DNA from: Lama glama
Lineage: Eukaryota
Assembly (NCBI GenBank): GCA_028534125.1
Contig: CM052839.1
Span: 34,224,001-34,288,000 of the forward strand
Reading direction: 5' to 3'
Length of the DNA stretch: 64,000 nucleotides
In this document: piece by piece, positions 24,377 to 62,400 of the stretch
How positions within the stretch are numbered: the first letter of the stretch is position 1
Layout: each line of letters begins with the position of its first letter
Program-made: the position numbers and the translations under genes
Notes under the pieces: generated by a model
Seen by the model: only the letters and a program-made list of their open reading frames with translations
The model's database searches: none
What the model was told of the DNA's origin: nothing

Positions 24377-25449
24377 GTGGGTCTGGACTCGGGGCCGTAA
24401 CCCATGGGACACCGGAGGCAACTGCGGGGCCTAATGAGGGCCAGGGAACCGCGGGCTCTCTTAACAAAGAGTCAGTGGAACCTCCGGGAATCTGAGGCCC
24501 AGGAGGCCGGGGAGGGGTGGGAATGCGGGGCTGAAGCCTCGAGGGGTCCTTCGAGCCTCTTCGTCCTCCCACGGCTCGCGCTTCTCCCGCAACTCTTACG
24601 GAGGCCCAGTTGGCGGCTTTCCGGAGGCAGCGCTCGCCCGCCCGTCCGCCCTGCTAGGGAAGGTATTTGCAGGGTGCTGGGCTCCAGGAGAGGGATAGCT
24701 ACGGGGAGGATTCTGACCCAGGTCGTCAGCAGCTGGCAGATGCTAGCCTCCAAATCAGGGATACCCTATAGGCAAAAGTTGCCAAATCGGAAGACGGTAA
24801 AAGACATGGTCGGTGATCTTTGTGCAGCCTTGAGTACATCAGTGATTAGCATCACTATCGTCACACAAACTTTTTTGCGGCCTACTTAAGAGCTTATCTG
24901 ACGTGACTAAATAATTTATGTGGAGTTGCAAGCATACGGGCCAATAATAATATAAGGAAGAACTGTGGTACTATTCCAGAGTCTGGGGGAGTCATAGCCG
25001 CCTTATCACTTTCGTGAAGCATTATCCCCTTATCCCCTCATTCCTTTAGGCGGTCGTTTAGTTTTCTCTGGCTTCCCATGTATATTGATTTCTGTAAATG
25101 ATGTTTTTATATCTATTCCCTCCTGTGCACACACCTCCGAGCTCCTTAAGGGCACAGATTCTGTCTTAATTCACTAACTTTCCAGAACCAAGCCCAGTTC
25201 TGGCACATAGAAGGTGAACAATAAGTCTTTCGTACCAGAGTTGATTTTTGGGCTTTCAGCAGTGGGAAAAAAATGTCTTTTCTATTTTCCTTTACCTAGA
25301 AGGGGCATTTTATGGCCTAATCTGCACTTCATTAATTCCAGAAATATTTTTGTTGATACCTTCTGTGTGTCTGTTTCCTCCCACTGTTCTAGGTCTGTGA
25401 TCCCTCCTCTCATGAAACTTAATTTCTAGCGGAGGGAAGAGAGACAAAA

Positions 25450-25910
25450 CAATATGGAAATTATACTGTATGTTAGAAGATGATTGATGCCTTAGGTGAA
25501 AAAAAATTAGGCTGGAAAGAACAATGGGGAGGTGTTGCATTTTGAAATAGAGTGGTCAGGGAAGTATTTACAAACACGATGATATTTAAACAGACTCGAA
25601 GGAGGTGAGGGAGTGAGCCTAGCTAGTTTTTGTGGAAATTAGGCAGAGGGAACAGCAAGTGTAAAGACCTTGAAGAGGACAATGCTGGCCTGTTAGAGGA
25701 ACAGTTAGAAGACCAGTATGCTTGGAGCACTGTGAGCAAAGGAGGGAGTAGTAGGAGATAAGGTCAGGGAAGAATGGGAATGGGGGTGGGGTGGGGAGCA
25801 CAGAACAATCAGGGCCTTTTAGATTGTTGTGAGGATTTCACTTTTCTTCTGCCTGAGATACGACCTATCTGAAGGTTTGCAGTAGAGGAGCGGTAAGATT
25901 TGACTTAACA
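25450..25910. mobile_element. L2 (L2a-like) fragment
   Basis: GGTCAGGGAAG...GAAGGAGGTGAGGGAGTGAGCC...AGGCAGAGGGAACAGCAAGTGTAAAGACCTTGA is typical L2 3' text. Confidence 0.7.
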
Positions 25911-26634
25911 TTGTAATAATATGTGTAATTCATGGAAGAGTGCAGTTCTTTATGTTTCAGTTTTATCAAATTGATAGTCATATAATCAGCTTTTAATTTC
26001 TTTAAGCCAACAGAGAAAAGAGATTCTTCTAAAATAAGTGTAACCCAGCATTTACTTATTTTTGCCTTTAGAATAATGTGTTAAAATTCTTGGGTCTTAA
26101 CAGATTCTTGTTAAAAGAACTAACAGGTTTATAATGTGAGATAGTCTCAGGGCAAGTTATTAGATATAGTAGATGGTGATCAACTAGAACTTTCCCCTCC
26201 AAAAACACAAGTGATAAAGTAATGTAATTTTATAATTACTTGTTCTTAGTTTTTTTAAAGTCATTTAGTCATTTAGTTTATATCTTAGTTTCCACCATTG
26301 CCCAAAACATAAGCTCTAGCCAAATTATCTTTCTTATGCTCCACACTTACTCTAATTTCCTAGCCTTTGCTATTTGCTTTGTGCCTAGAGTGTCTTCTTC
26401 CTTCACACTTCACTACTCAGCTTGCATCTTTCTGTGTCTAGCCTGAGTTCCTACCTCTCTTTTGAAGCCTGTTCCCACTTGTCAGCTCATGGTGATCTCT
26501 GACATCTTAAGTGTCATGTGGCACTGATATATAGAATTCCTGATTTGAAAGAAATCTGAGAAGTCTAGCTTGGTATTCTCCTTTTACCAATGGAGAAATT
26601 GATTTCTGGAGAAAAACTATTAGTGATACACATG

Positions 26635-26870
26635 ACAGCTAATATATATTGTGCACTTACAACATGCCAAGCTTTGTTCTAAGTATATTTCTGGGTATGA
26701 ATTCAATTTTTCACATCAACCCTGTGAAGTAGGTGATAGTCTCACCATCTTACAGATGAGGAAACTGAGGCCAAAGAAGATAAATAACTTCCACGAGTTT
26801 CCCATCAAGTTAATGGCAAAGCCAGAGCTTAAACGCAGTCAGGCTGGCTCCAGAATCTGCTGTTATGATT
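26635..26870. mobile_element. MIR SINE
   Basis: Core CCATCTTACAGATGAGGAAACTGAGGC with flanking CAACCCTGTGAAGTAGGT and CTGGCTCCAGA. Confidence 0.85.
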
Positions 26871-28191
26871 TTCTGCTAAACCACAGCATTTTAGTGCCTA
26901 AAACAGTATCAAGCAGGACTTTATGTTATCTTTAATTTTTCTCCTCAGCCAAATTGTAAATATCCTTGGGTCTCCGTGTATCAAATAAACATGAACAATG
27001 AGTGTATTCTCTGGAAAACAAAAAAGGAATAAATAAGCCTGCTTCTTCACTATAAAACTTGTAACATGGAGCCGGAGAGAGAAAACCAGAACACAGATAG
27101 TTACGAGTAAATGTTGGGTGTTTGAAGACTAGAAGGGGAGTCTGAGGAAGGAGATACCACTTCTCTGGGGGGGGATCATATTTGTGCTTTAGTTCTAGGA
27201 GTTGATATTTGAGATGGGCTTTGAGGAATAGGACTTCGGTAGGTAGGTAGGTATAGTGAGAGATGTGGTGGGGAGGGAATACAGGTGGAGGGAAGAGCCT
27301 TCACCAAGTGCTTGTAAAGTAGTTTGTTGTCTCATTCCAGCCTAAGTAACTGTGGAAAGCTATTTAATCGAAGGGAATGACAGGATCAGAAATGTAAGGC
27401 AGGGAAGTTTGGGCCCAGTGTCTGGAGCACCCTGGAAGGAGGTTTTGCTGAGCATCTGAACGTTCACCTCCCTTGAGTGTGACTTTCTCTAGTTTCACAG
27501 TATTAACAAACACCTGCCAAAGGAGATGGAAATTTATTTTCTCTTTTCTCTATTTCTGACCCTCTATTACTTCACCATTTAATACTTTACCACATAGAGT
27601 TGCTTCTCTTGGATTATGGAGTATTTGCTGGTTGTAGATGCAGCCTCTAGATGTATATCACCACCAATTTTCTGATAAAAGACATTCTTAGAACAGTTAA
27701 GTTGTGAGGTTGGGGGTTACTTGTCAAATGTCAAGAATCTGTCCCCTCAAAAGAGGCCTTACCTGGTTCTCTTTGTAATAGCTTACCTTTTGCCTTGGTT
27801 GGTTGTCTGGTTGGTTGTTTTAGGAAATTATTGCAATAGTGGAAGTGGGAAAGGAGAGGTGTGCCTCAGTACTGGGCACATAACAGAAAGTGGTTATCGG
27901 TGTTTATAGAATAAAACAAAGTTATTTCTAAGACTAAACTTAGGTGGTTCTCTTTAAAGCAGATCTCATAAATTGTGTTTATAATTCTATTATACAGATA
28001 ATTCTTTTCAAATTAGATGTTTTATTTTTAAAAGCACTTTTTTAAAAAGAAAAAAGCTAAAATTTCACAAATATGTTTTGCATTTCAGAGTAGAAATTGA
28101 GGTCTAGACAGTGTTATTCTCTGCCATAAACTGAATAAAATAATCTGAAAATATATGTGCAAGTGGAATTCTAATTCTTTAGTTTTCATGG

Positions 28192-29207
28192 TTTTTTTTT
28201 TTATCTGTGGTAAAATACACATAAAAAAACTTAACCATTTTTAAGTGTACAGTTCAGGGACATTAAGTACATCCACACTGTTTTGCTACCATCACGACTA
28301 TAGTGTCCACAGAACTCTTCATCATGTAAAACTGAAACTCTCCCCATTAAGCAATAACTCCCCACCCTCCACCCACCTAATCCCTGGCAAGTACCATTCT
28401 ACTTTCTGTCTATGAGTTNNNNNNNNNNNNNNNNNNNNNNNNNNNNNNNNNNNNNNNNNNNNNNNNNNNNNNNNNNNNNNNNNNNNNNNNNNNNNNNNNN
28501 NNNNNNNNNNNNNNNNNNNNNNNNNNNNNNNNNNNNNNNNNNNNNNNNNNNNNNNNNNNNNNNNNNNNNNNNNNNNNNNNNNNNNNNNNNNNNNNNNNNN
28601 NNNNNNNNNNNNNNNNNNNNNNNNNNNNNNNNNNNNNNNNNNNNNNNNNNNNNNNNNNNNNNNNNNNNNNNNNNNNNNNNNNNNNNNNNNNNNNNNNNNN
28701 NNNNNNNNNNNNNNNNNNCTATTGTGAGTAATGGTACTATAAACATGAGTGTNNNNNNNNNNNNNNNNNNNNNNNNNNNNNNNNNNNNNNNNNNNNNNNN
28801 NNNNNNNNNNNNNNNNNNNNNNNNNNNNNNNNNNNNNNNNNNNNNNNNNNNNNNNNNNNNNNNNNNNNNNNNNNNNNNNNNNNNTCATTCCTCCCAGCAA
28901 TATGCAAGGGTTCTGGTTTCTCCACATCCTTGCCAACACTTATTTTCTGTTGTGTTGGGTTTTTGTGGGAGTTTTTGTTGTAGTTTGTTTCTAGTAGTAG
29001 CTGTCCTAATGAGTGTGAGGTNNNNNNNNNNNNNNNNNNNNNNNNNNNNNNNNNNNNNNNNNNNNNNNNNNNNNNNNNNNNNNNNNNNNNNNNNNNNNNN
29101 NNNNNNNNNNNNNNNNNNNNNNNNNNNNNNNNNNNNNNNNNNNNNNNNNNNNNNNNNNNNNNNNNNNNNNNNNNNNNNNNNNNNNNNNNNNNNNNNNNNN
29201 NNNNNNN
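28192..29207 (-). mobile_element. L1 (L1MA/L1MB-like) 3' portion, largely masked by three N-gaps
   Basis: Poly-T then TGTGGTAAAATACACATA...TTTTAAGTGTACAGTTCAG; CATTCCTCCCAGCAATATGCAAGGGTTCTGGTTTCTCCACATCCTTGCCAACACTT. Gaps at 28419-28718, 28753-28884 and 29022-29207. Confidence 0.85.
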
Positions 29208-30499
29208 TGTTGTTTTTAATGAAACGTGTGAACTTTACCTGGGTATTGGGAGCCATGCGATTTCTGTATCCTCTGAAGCTGTTGTGTGTTTTCATCTTTC
29301 CTGTCATCAATTTTAGAAGTGTTTATGGAAGCAGAGGTGATATTTCAGAACTGTTTGATAGGAGTTTGCCAGCTTGTGGGAAGGATTTTCCAGGCATATT
29401 ATTATAACTAGAGAGGAGGTTTAGAAGTTCATGTGTGTGTGTCCCATATGACCAAATAAAGGGAACTTTGAGGAGACCCACAAATAGCAGGACTACAATT
29501 AATTGTTTAATATTCTCACTGTTTTGTCTTTCTTATCAACTACTTAGTAGATGTCTCTTCTCCAAACAGTGTTTACTCAGAGGATGCAGATTAATTTTAA
29601 TAGCCTTAAAAGTCCAAGCGAAAGAGGGTTCCTTTTTTCTTTTTTTTCCTTTTTTTAAACATCATAAAACCAAACAGAGATTAGATCTTCTGTCTTTGGT
29701 TCTTATATCAGCTACAGTCCCTCAAACCTCTGTGATTGTCAAGGATCTATAGCCATATACATGGACTAATGTAGGAAAAACTGTTCTCAAGAGAGTGTGG
29801 AATTAATGGTACACTGAGGATGATCTGGCTTAGATTTAATAGGAGATCTAGATAGCTAGATAGCAAGGTTTGATAATGGGGGATGATGGTTTTCCGAAAA
29901 TGAATGTTGAAAAGCCTGAATGCATGATATTAATTCATTAAACAGAAAATTTTTGAATACTATACACACACTAGGCACTAAGGATACAGTGCTGGACAAA
30001 ACAGGCGAAGTCCCTGCCCTTGTGGAGCTAACATTCTAGTCAGTGAGATAAATAGAAAGCACAATTGTTTGGCCTTACTAGAGGCAATTAATTAGGGAAA
30101 ATGAACAGTGTGTCCTAGATCACACTAGTGAAAGGTTTGAGGACAGTTAAGTGTTCTCAGCCTTTGAGTTGACCCAGATCTCCAAGAGTTAAAGAAGAAA
30201 GTACTGCATATTGTGCATCTTATGTCTGTAGGCCATTAAACAACTCTCACCTGCCCAAGGTCACACAGCCTGCCTGTTTGTGGGAAAAGTCATATTTTTA
30301 AAACCAAGTGTTGAATTTGTTTCTTTTGTAATTTGAGCCCTTTGATTATTTAGTAGGATTAATTTATGTCATGCCCATCCTTTTCTCCTATCCTCAGTCT
30401 TGGGGGTGAGGGAAGAGTTTTTTACTCCTTGTTAAAGATTTTGGTCTTGTCAGGTCTCCACAGCACCTGGTTTCTATGATTTCTCCTTTCATTCTACAT

Positions 30500-31920
30500 C
30501 TTTGATTTTTCTGTTTGTTGGCTTTTCCTCTTTGGCATAAAAATGTGCTTACCTTTTTCCTTAAACAAAATTTTTCTAGTTAACACCTCACACTCTCCTT
30601 CCTGTCATTGTTAAACAGCCTGGAAAGTAATCTGTATTCCTCTTGGCCTAGTCTTCATCCTCTACCACTTACTTACCAATCATTCCTTAACCCTACCCCT
30701 ATTGCTCCAACAGAGGCGTTTTCTTTTCTCACCTGTCTTCTCTTTAGTTTTTTACCACTGGGCATTACTTTCTTCATGTAAAACTTCTCAACCGCCTGTG
30801 TCACTGTTCTCCACTATTCTCCTGTCTGTTCCTTCTCAAGTTTCCGTATAATCTTCTCTTCCCAGCCCATTCCTAGATGTTGACGTGCACTACGATTGCT
30901 TTGCCCCTCTTGTCATTCTCTCTGTGCCCTGTCTCTGCTTGCTTATCTGCATAAGTAGCCTCAAATGCAAGTGTCTCATATCAAATCTATCGCTCCATCA
31001 CACATCTCTCTCTCTAGTTACAGACCTTGTCACTTCTCCTTAGCTTTCCTGTAGATACTGAACTGATCTCATCTTCCTGCTTTTCCATGCCTGGCTTTAT
31101 AGGTTTTCAACTCTGTTAATGGCATCACCATTCACCCAATCTGTAAAAGCCAGAAACCTCCAAAGTTATTCTAGACTCTTCCTTCCTCCTTAGCTTCTAC
31201 ATCCAGTTATTGGTCACTCACTACAGTTGATTCCTCCTCACAGATCTCTAAGTAAATAACTCAGATCCACCATCTCCACCTTTTCTCCTTCCTCATAACC
31301 ACTTCCTTCATTGTTCAGGTACCTTGTCACTTTACATCTGTATTTTTATAACAACTTCCTAATCACCTTCCTTTTGTCCAGCTTGTCCTACTATCGCTCA
31401 TTTAATCTTTCTAAAACACTCATCTGAAACATGTCCCCTTTTTGCTTAAAATTAATGGTTCCTGATAGCTGGCAGAATACGGTATATTCTTAGCATAGCA
31501 TAGAAAACTGTTCATCTGAGCCCTCCTTGTCTTTCTGAACATGTGCCCTGTAACTTTCCTAAGTGTCCTACTGAACTGCACCTGCACTGAACTATTTCCA
31601 GTTTTCTGTGGTAGTATTTACGGTGCCTTCAATCTGAAATGCCCTCTTCTGACACTTCTTCCCAGATCTAATGCCTCTTCAGATTTCAAAACTTAACACC
31701 AGTGTCATCTCCAGAAAAACTGCCTTCTACCCCATTCATCATAGATTGGATACCCTTCTCCTGGGCCATCGATGAGTGCACTTTGTGCAGTATCTCTGTA
31801 AGAACATGTCATTTTTTTTTTAAAGCTGGCTAAAACTGTACTGTGAACTCCTTGAGAGTAGGACTGTATTTTTCATCTGTAAGTGCCCAGCACCCAGTAT
31901 GCCGCCTGACCTTCCTCAGC
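30500..31920. mobile_element. Degenerate L2 fragments
   Basis: Pyrimidine-rich L2-like text (AATGGCATCACCATTCACCCA...AAGCCAGAAACCT; ACTGTGAACTCCTTGAGAGTAGGACTGT...CCCAGCACCCAG). Confidence 0.6.
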
Positions 31921-34074
31921 AAGCTTTTAGTAAGCCATTGAAAGTTTTCCTGCTAGGAGATTTGTTCTTGTAATTCTTAAAATCTACCCATACGTAAAGG
32001 TTTCTTTTTCCCTCCATCCTTCCTTTGCCTACTTTCTGATTTCTGTGGCTTATTTATTAGCAGCTTCTTACATTATATGCACTAGGAAAAATGAGGTTTA
32101 AATTCAGAATCTATTGTTTTTGTTGCTTAGGAACAACTCTTGTAAAGCCAGGCTTACAGATTGGTTAAACAGTACTATCAGGTGGTAAAGTTTTCTGGCT
32201 TGTAAATATTCTTAATAAATCTCATCTCACTAGAATTACGCTGATCCCCCTAAAGGGATTCCTGAAGAAAGCAGGAAATGCTCTTAAGGTCAACTAAACT
32301 GTTACTTATTAAGTGCTTATTATAGCCATAAATAACTTCTATGGAAGGTCTAAAATGAGTAAGGACAGTCCCTGCCTGGAACTAAGGGTGGAGATTGACA
32401 TAACATAAATCAAATTTAATACTTAGCAGACTGAACTGCTATATAATAGTAGTTGAAACAAAACCTACCAGGTGTACGTGGGGGAGGGGCATGGAACCAG
32501 GAAAGTAGAGCGTGGTCTACTTCAGCAGTGCCATTGTAAAAAGCAGTTTTTGGAACTCTTTTCCACATTGGATTCAGAGTCTATTATAAACATTTAAACT
32601 CTTCTTATTGATGGTAAACTTTAATACAAAGAAGAAAGTAAAAATAAAATAACTGCTATTAATGTTTTGATAAACAGCCCTCCAGCAATCTCTGTATAAG
32701 TAATACATGCTTTTACATTGAGTTACATTGTGAATCATACCACCCACCTTGTTCATGCCCTTCTCATGTTACTCAATGTATAATGGACACTTTTCCATAA
32801 ATGTTAAGTAGTAATTAAAATTTTTAAATCATGGAATGCACATTCCCTTTGGCTCAGCAATTGCATTTTAAAAATTGATCCCAAGCAAGTAATCAAGAGT
32901 ATGCACAAAGATACAGCTATATATGTTGCACAACATTATAAAACTAGTGGAGAAATAGATTTATTAACATTTAAAGATGTTCATGTTATTAGGTGAAGAA
33001 ATCAGTAGCTAAATATGTACACTATGGTTTCAGTTTTTGTTTTTAAATTTGTGTGTGTGTACATATATGCATGGAAGAAATTGCAAAAGATATCAACTAA
33101 ATTGCATATCAGAGAGGAAATTTCAGGTAGTTTTAAATTTTGTTCCTTTTTGCTTTCTGAGTTTTCTGCTTTTCTACAAAACTTAGGTTGTGTCATTAAA
33201 AAAGGTTTTTTGGAACCAAGACTAATAAAGTATAAAGTGTTACTTAAACTGATTTAATCGGTGTTCAGGAAATTTCTTTGTAATCCTTTACAATAGGCTA
33301 ACTGAATACTTCAGGCAACATATCAGTGAATCATGGCTTCTTCCTGGGTAGTGTTCTAGTGGGCAGTTGCTCAATAAATGCATGGGTTATAGGTGCCGTT
33401 TAGAGACAATCACCTAGGTACTACAAATAACTCATCTGTCATCTAAGTTTTGATTCTTTGATTCTTCATTTAGAAGTCATTACCAGACATCTGGCTAAAA
33501 CTTTTTAGCTAGCTAAAACTACAGTGTGAACTTTAATTTGGGAATGGTTTTCTGATAGTACCTCAATCCCTGTTACTGCAAGCATTACATTATATTATAA
33601 TAATTGTAGGTTGTTTTTGTCTTTTTTTTTTTTGGTAGAGTATAAATTCCTTGAGAATAAAGATTAAGAGATTAAGTCTTTTTATCTTGGTATCTTGAGT
33701 TGTTTAACACAAGCCTAGTGCATGTCAGATTCCCTCAAATATTTGTTATGTTGTGAATGTTTTGGGCAGCTTAATAAGATGTTAAACCAACAATCAAATC
33801 CTTTTGAAGTGTATGATATTAAATGATGCATTCCTGTTTGGAGTGAGATCTCAATAAAATAATAATTTCTTCAGTGTTTCAGAAAATGTGACCATTTCAT
33901 TAGGGTAGAATATTGCATATCTGAAGTACAAACCTAAAGTTTTAATTGAGGGGCAAAAGTTTAAAATAAAATTGTAGGTAGATGTTGGAAGAGATGTAAA
34001 AATAAGGGCTGTTTACCTTATAAAATAAAATTTGTATTATGTCTCTTGTTCCTAACAGATCAATCATTGACACC

Positions 34075-58128
<24,054 letters not shown>

Positions 58129-59025
58129 AGGGTATGTGCTGAAGCGTGAAATCACTTGTCTTTAATTTTATTTTTAGAAAGATTTTTGGTAACTAGGTGT
58201 CTCAGGGCTGGGTTGGGGCCCAAGGTGTAAGGACCCCCTGCCCTTAGTGGATAGCTGGAGCTTGGAGACATTACTCCTTCATCTGGATAATTTCTCAGAT
58301 GTTTTCTTGGTAAGCTGCTTTGGTCCTTAGAAGCAGTTAAGACTTGGGAAGCTTCTTTTGGCTCTGGGTGAGATGTCACGAGGGTCAGCTGAGGATACCT
58401 TGGAAGAAAGGGCCTTATAGGGCACAAAACTCACTCTAGGTTTATATTATATGTAGTGTGTATTTTTTACTAAAATGTCACCTTAAGAACATCTACAAAT
58501 AAAGTTCTTTTTCTGTGGCCAGTCAGTCCCCTTTTTAGGAGTTGGCTTCTGCAGACCCAGTCCATGGAGGTGTTAGGGATGTTTGGGAAGCACTGTGGTG
58601 CTTCTAAATGTTTGCAGGGAAGGGAGGTGTCTGATTCGAAGTGAGGGTTGATGCTCAGGTTCCCCAGACAGGTTTGTATCCAGCCTCGAAACAGGACACA
58701 GCAGCCTGCTCGACCCAGAGCCACACGCTGGGACGGGGAAGATGGCCCTGGCCGAGGATTGCTCCTGGTCTAAAGTGTTGCTAAATTTAAAATTAAAAAA
58801 CAAAAATCCAAGAGCTTTTAAAGTGTCTTCTCCTATTTCATTGTATTTTTTTTAACTTGCCACAATGGTAGAAAAATCTTTTGCTGAAATGATTTTGATG
58901 ATTTTTGTTCTATCTTGTTTATAAACGGAAATATACATCGAATTTTGTGACTTTGTGAAGATTTCTTTAAGATGTGCATTCCTTTCTGCTTGCTCTAGTA
59001 AATGTTTTACTACTGGGACCTGTGG
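58129..59025 (+). other. DDX42: DDX42 3' UTR with proximal AATAAA (58498-58503) and distal AGTAAA (58997-59002)
   Basis: Follows the TAG stop; both hexamers are followed by T/GT-rich downstream sequence; end approximate. Confidence 0.6.
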
Positions 59026-59155
59026 ATTGTCTGTCTTTTCTGCTTCACAATAAGTCCATATATAAATAGATTGCGAACAGTGCAGTACATGGTCTGGACA
59101 CTCACATTTTTTGTTTCAGGAATGGTCAGAAAAGACATCCATCGTCCATCCTGAT

Positions 59156-59161
59156 TTTATT
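59156..59161 (-). terminator. Poly(A) signal of FTSJ3
   Basis: TTTATT on plus = AATAAA on minus, 330 nt after the FTSJ3 stop. Confidence 0.7.
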
Positions 59162-59490
59162 CAGTTAACAAAGGGGGAAGACTTGAGAGGCCCACTTGCC
59201 CAGGAATAGAGTACAGTACTGACCTCCTCATGATTTAAAAATGCTGTGACTTCTCATCCAGCACCTCACATTCTTCACAGAAGGGCTGTAGGGTCTGGGA
59301 CAGCACCAACACTTTTCAGTGGTGCTTCAATGAAGCACCATTCTGGCCAGGAGAGTTCTAGGTACCCTGCACCTGTCTTTCTGATGACTCCATGTAGGCA
59401 AGGGTGGGGCTGCACCAAGGAGGCTGGAGTGTAAGCAGCACCAAGTCACTCCTCCTCATACTGTCCTCCCAGAGGTCCTGGTGGCTCTGC

Positions 59491-62400
59491 TCACTTCCGC
59501 CTGTGCTTCTTCTTTTGCTCCTTCCGTTGCTGTGCTCTTTGGTCCTTCTTCATCCTCGAGTCCACCACCTTGAAGTGACCTCTGACCCCAGCTGGCCGGC
59601 GCACTTTGCGGCCCACACCTTTTTTGGCTACAACATAGGTGACTTGGCGTTTCTCCTTTCCGAGCCCAGCCTTCTTGTAGAGACTGTAAATGGAAGACAG
59701 GTTAGAGGCTTTCTGCCCCTCAACCCCATGCACCTTTGTGGTGACCTCTCCCCACAGCACCCCCCAGCCCCTCACCTTCGGAGCTGTGCCACTTTCTCCC
59801 GTTCTGAGATGTCCACTGTGTTGACCACAGCTTCTGCCTTCTTCTTGGTTTGCTCCAGCTTCTTCAGCATCTGTGTGGGGACCTCCGTCAGGGTTGACCT
59901 CTTCCCTGTCCTGCCCTACCCACCCAGAATCTCAGACAGCCCTGCTGTTTACCCTCCGTTTCTTTCTGGCCTTAGCTTCAGCCACTTTTTTGATGGGACG
60001 TGCATTTATTTCCCGCCACCGTTTCCGGTAATACTCCACTTCCTTCTTATCAATTGGCAATTGACGTATGCGGTGCTGCTTTTCCTCCTGCACAAACCAC
60101 TCTGGAAGCTCCCCTTCATCCTCGTTAAACGTGTACCTTGGTGGATAGGACACAGCCCTCATGACCAGGCTTTCTAAGAAGCAATCATCCACCTGCCCCT
60201 CCCCCGCCACTTATCACGACTTTTTGGTCCTTTACCGGCTGAAGGAGTTATCTATGAGGTCCCTCTTGGCTTTTTTGGAAGAAGCAATAATAGCACCTAG
60301 AGCAAGGCCTTCAGGGTCCAGTATCCGATGTTTCACTAGAGAGGGAAGGAGAAAGTCAAATACCTTGGCGAACACTCAGCTCCCAACACTGAGCCTTCAC
60401 GCCGCCTCCCATTCCACTAGGTGCAGAGCTCTCACCCGGGTCCTCGATAGGCACAACCTCAAACCCATCATCGTCATCTGACTTGGGCCCGCGGCTTCGC
60501 TTCTTCCCACGGCGTGGTTTCCAGCTGTGGAAGTGAGGACCGTGCGCGAATGTCCCATCATCACCCAGACCACTCAGACCCCCTCCTGCGTCACCTCAAC
60601 CCTGGCTCCTATTTAAAACTGAGGAACTTGCAGAAAGCTTGCCACACAGGCTATACTGCAGACCACTTAAATCAGAATCGTCAGTGTTTTTAAAGTTCTC
60701 GGTTGACAGCCAAGTTTGAAAACCCCCAACTTAGCGGGTAACGGTTAGAACCACTGCTCCCTCTCATCCCTTCTCCCGGTGGGCGCAACCACTCACCTAT
60801 CTTCGTCCTCACTGCTACTGCTGTCACTGTCAGAGCTGCCATCTCTCTCTTCCCCTCCAGGGCCAGTGGCAGCTTCTGTCCCTGAAGGAGCCTCTGCCTC
60901 CTTAGGGGTCTCCTCCTGGTACGGAGGAGGTTTCCTCTCAGTCTGCACACTGGAAGGTGGTGGTGGTGGCTGCTGCCCCTTCCGACGGCTCTCATACAGC
61001 AGCTGGGCCTGACTGATCTCCAGGGCCTCATCGGCATCATCCTCCATCCCACTGAAGCCGTCCTGTGACAGGGAACTCGTCAGGCACCCTTCTCCCAGGG
61101 AACGCCAGTCCCTGTCTGTCCCGGCCCCTAGCCTCTGCTTACCTTTGAGAACCACAGGCTGGCTTGTTCTTCCTGCAGTATTGCCTTTTCCTCCAACGGA
61201 ACCAGCAGTGGATTCTCTTCTTCCTCTTCCTGTTTATCATCTTCTGCTTCAGCAAATCGTACACTGCAGATGCAAGGAAAGTGGGTGGAGGGTCAGTGCC
61301 CTGGAGGACTTGCTCCCCCTGCTGCTGCTGGCAATACCTGCCACCAGCTCTGCTTCAAGACTCGAGCTGAGGTTGTCAGGACCTCCTCCTGCACACCACC
61401 CCCAAACCCCCTCTTACCACTTTTGCTCCTTTAGACTCTGAGGTTCTCTGACTCCTGCCAGCTCCTCTGGATCCAGGTCACTATCCAGAGATGCATCTTC
61501 CTCCTCAGCATCCGATATGTAGATGTCATCTCTTGGCAGATCAGACAGAAACGTGTCTGCAGCACTCATGTCCCCTTGTGTTACCTCCTCTAACAACTGA
61601 GGTTTGAAAGAAACAGCGGTCAAGGGCACTAACAAGGAACATACTGCTCTCTTCCCCCCATGTTCATTATCTTAGTTTACTCTTAGCAACTTAGCAAAAC
61701 ATACTGTGCAAGTACATTATCTACTTTTTACAAGCATGGAAGTGATGGGGTTAACTTTAAAACATCCCATTCTAGTTCACTCAGTTGTCTCATCTTCAAT
61801 GACAGCAGAAACAGGTTTACGGAAAAGAACCCCGTAGTCTATACAGTGTCAAACTTTAAAATGTTCTACAACACTGGTTTTTAAAAAATTACTCTCAGAA
61901 AGCACCTTATCACCTGAGAAAAATACAATCTACAACTCTTGTTTCTACTGAATAAAGGAACCCAAGCAACATACATCTAAAAGGAAGAATTGTTTCACTT
62001 CGATTTTGGAGGTGACATCTGGTTAAATCTTTTCCTCATCGCAAAGGTAACTACTATTTCTTGAATCACATACCATCATTTTTTATTCCTTCCAAAAGCC
62101 CTAGTAGGTACGTTTTGTTACTTCTTTTACAGATGAGGAAACTGAGGCAGAGTGCATAAGTGGTCATCTGCTACTGCCTCTCCTGACGACCTGGTTATTA
62201 CATTCCCACACAAGAGCCATGAAACCTCACTTTGTGCACTGCTTTTATCAAGAAAAGGAGACTGTCCAGTAATCAGCAGAAAGCCCCATGGGCAGCCTAG
62301 TGCAGCAGGGTGCTAAATGGTCTCCGTGAACTGAGGAACGCGGTTCCTGTGAACCGTCCATCGCACGTGCTGGTAACCCAGGGCCCGGGTTCATCTATAA

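Larger units (their letters stand above)
23230..24700. promoter_or_regulatory. Bidirectional CpG-island promoter shared by CCDC47 and DDX42
   Basis: Head-to-head first exons about 0.55 kb apart. GC boxes, ETS CCGGAAG (23811) and CTTCCGG (about 24113), E-box CCACGTGG (23843-23850), NRF1-like TGCGCATG (24165-24172), YY1-like CGCCAT (23591-23596). Confidence 0.88.

Noticed and set aside
23641-24889. ORFs of 127-195 aa in the bidirectional promoter, and similar ones at 586-1572
   Set aside because: Stop-poor GC-rich CpG-island sequence giving low-complexity Pro/Ala/Gly/Arg translations.
28322-29407. Long ORFs of 205-331 aa in the ORF track
   Set aside because: Artefacts of translating N-gaps inside an L1 fragment; the same applies to ORFs over 36172-36350, 41860-42007 and 46369-46500.
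59404-60177. 257-aa plus-strand ORF antisense to FTSJ3
   Set aside because: Non-ATG start, runs across FTSJ3 introns and mirrors Lys/Glu-rich codons; no independent evidence.
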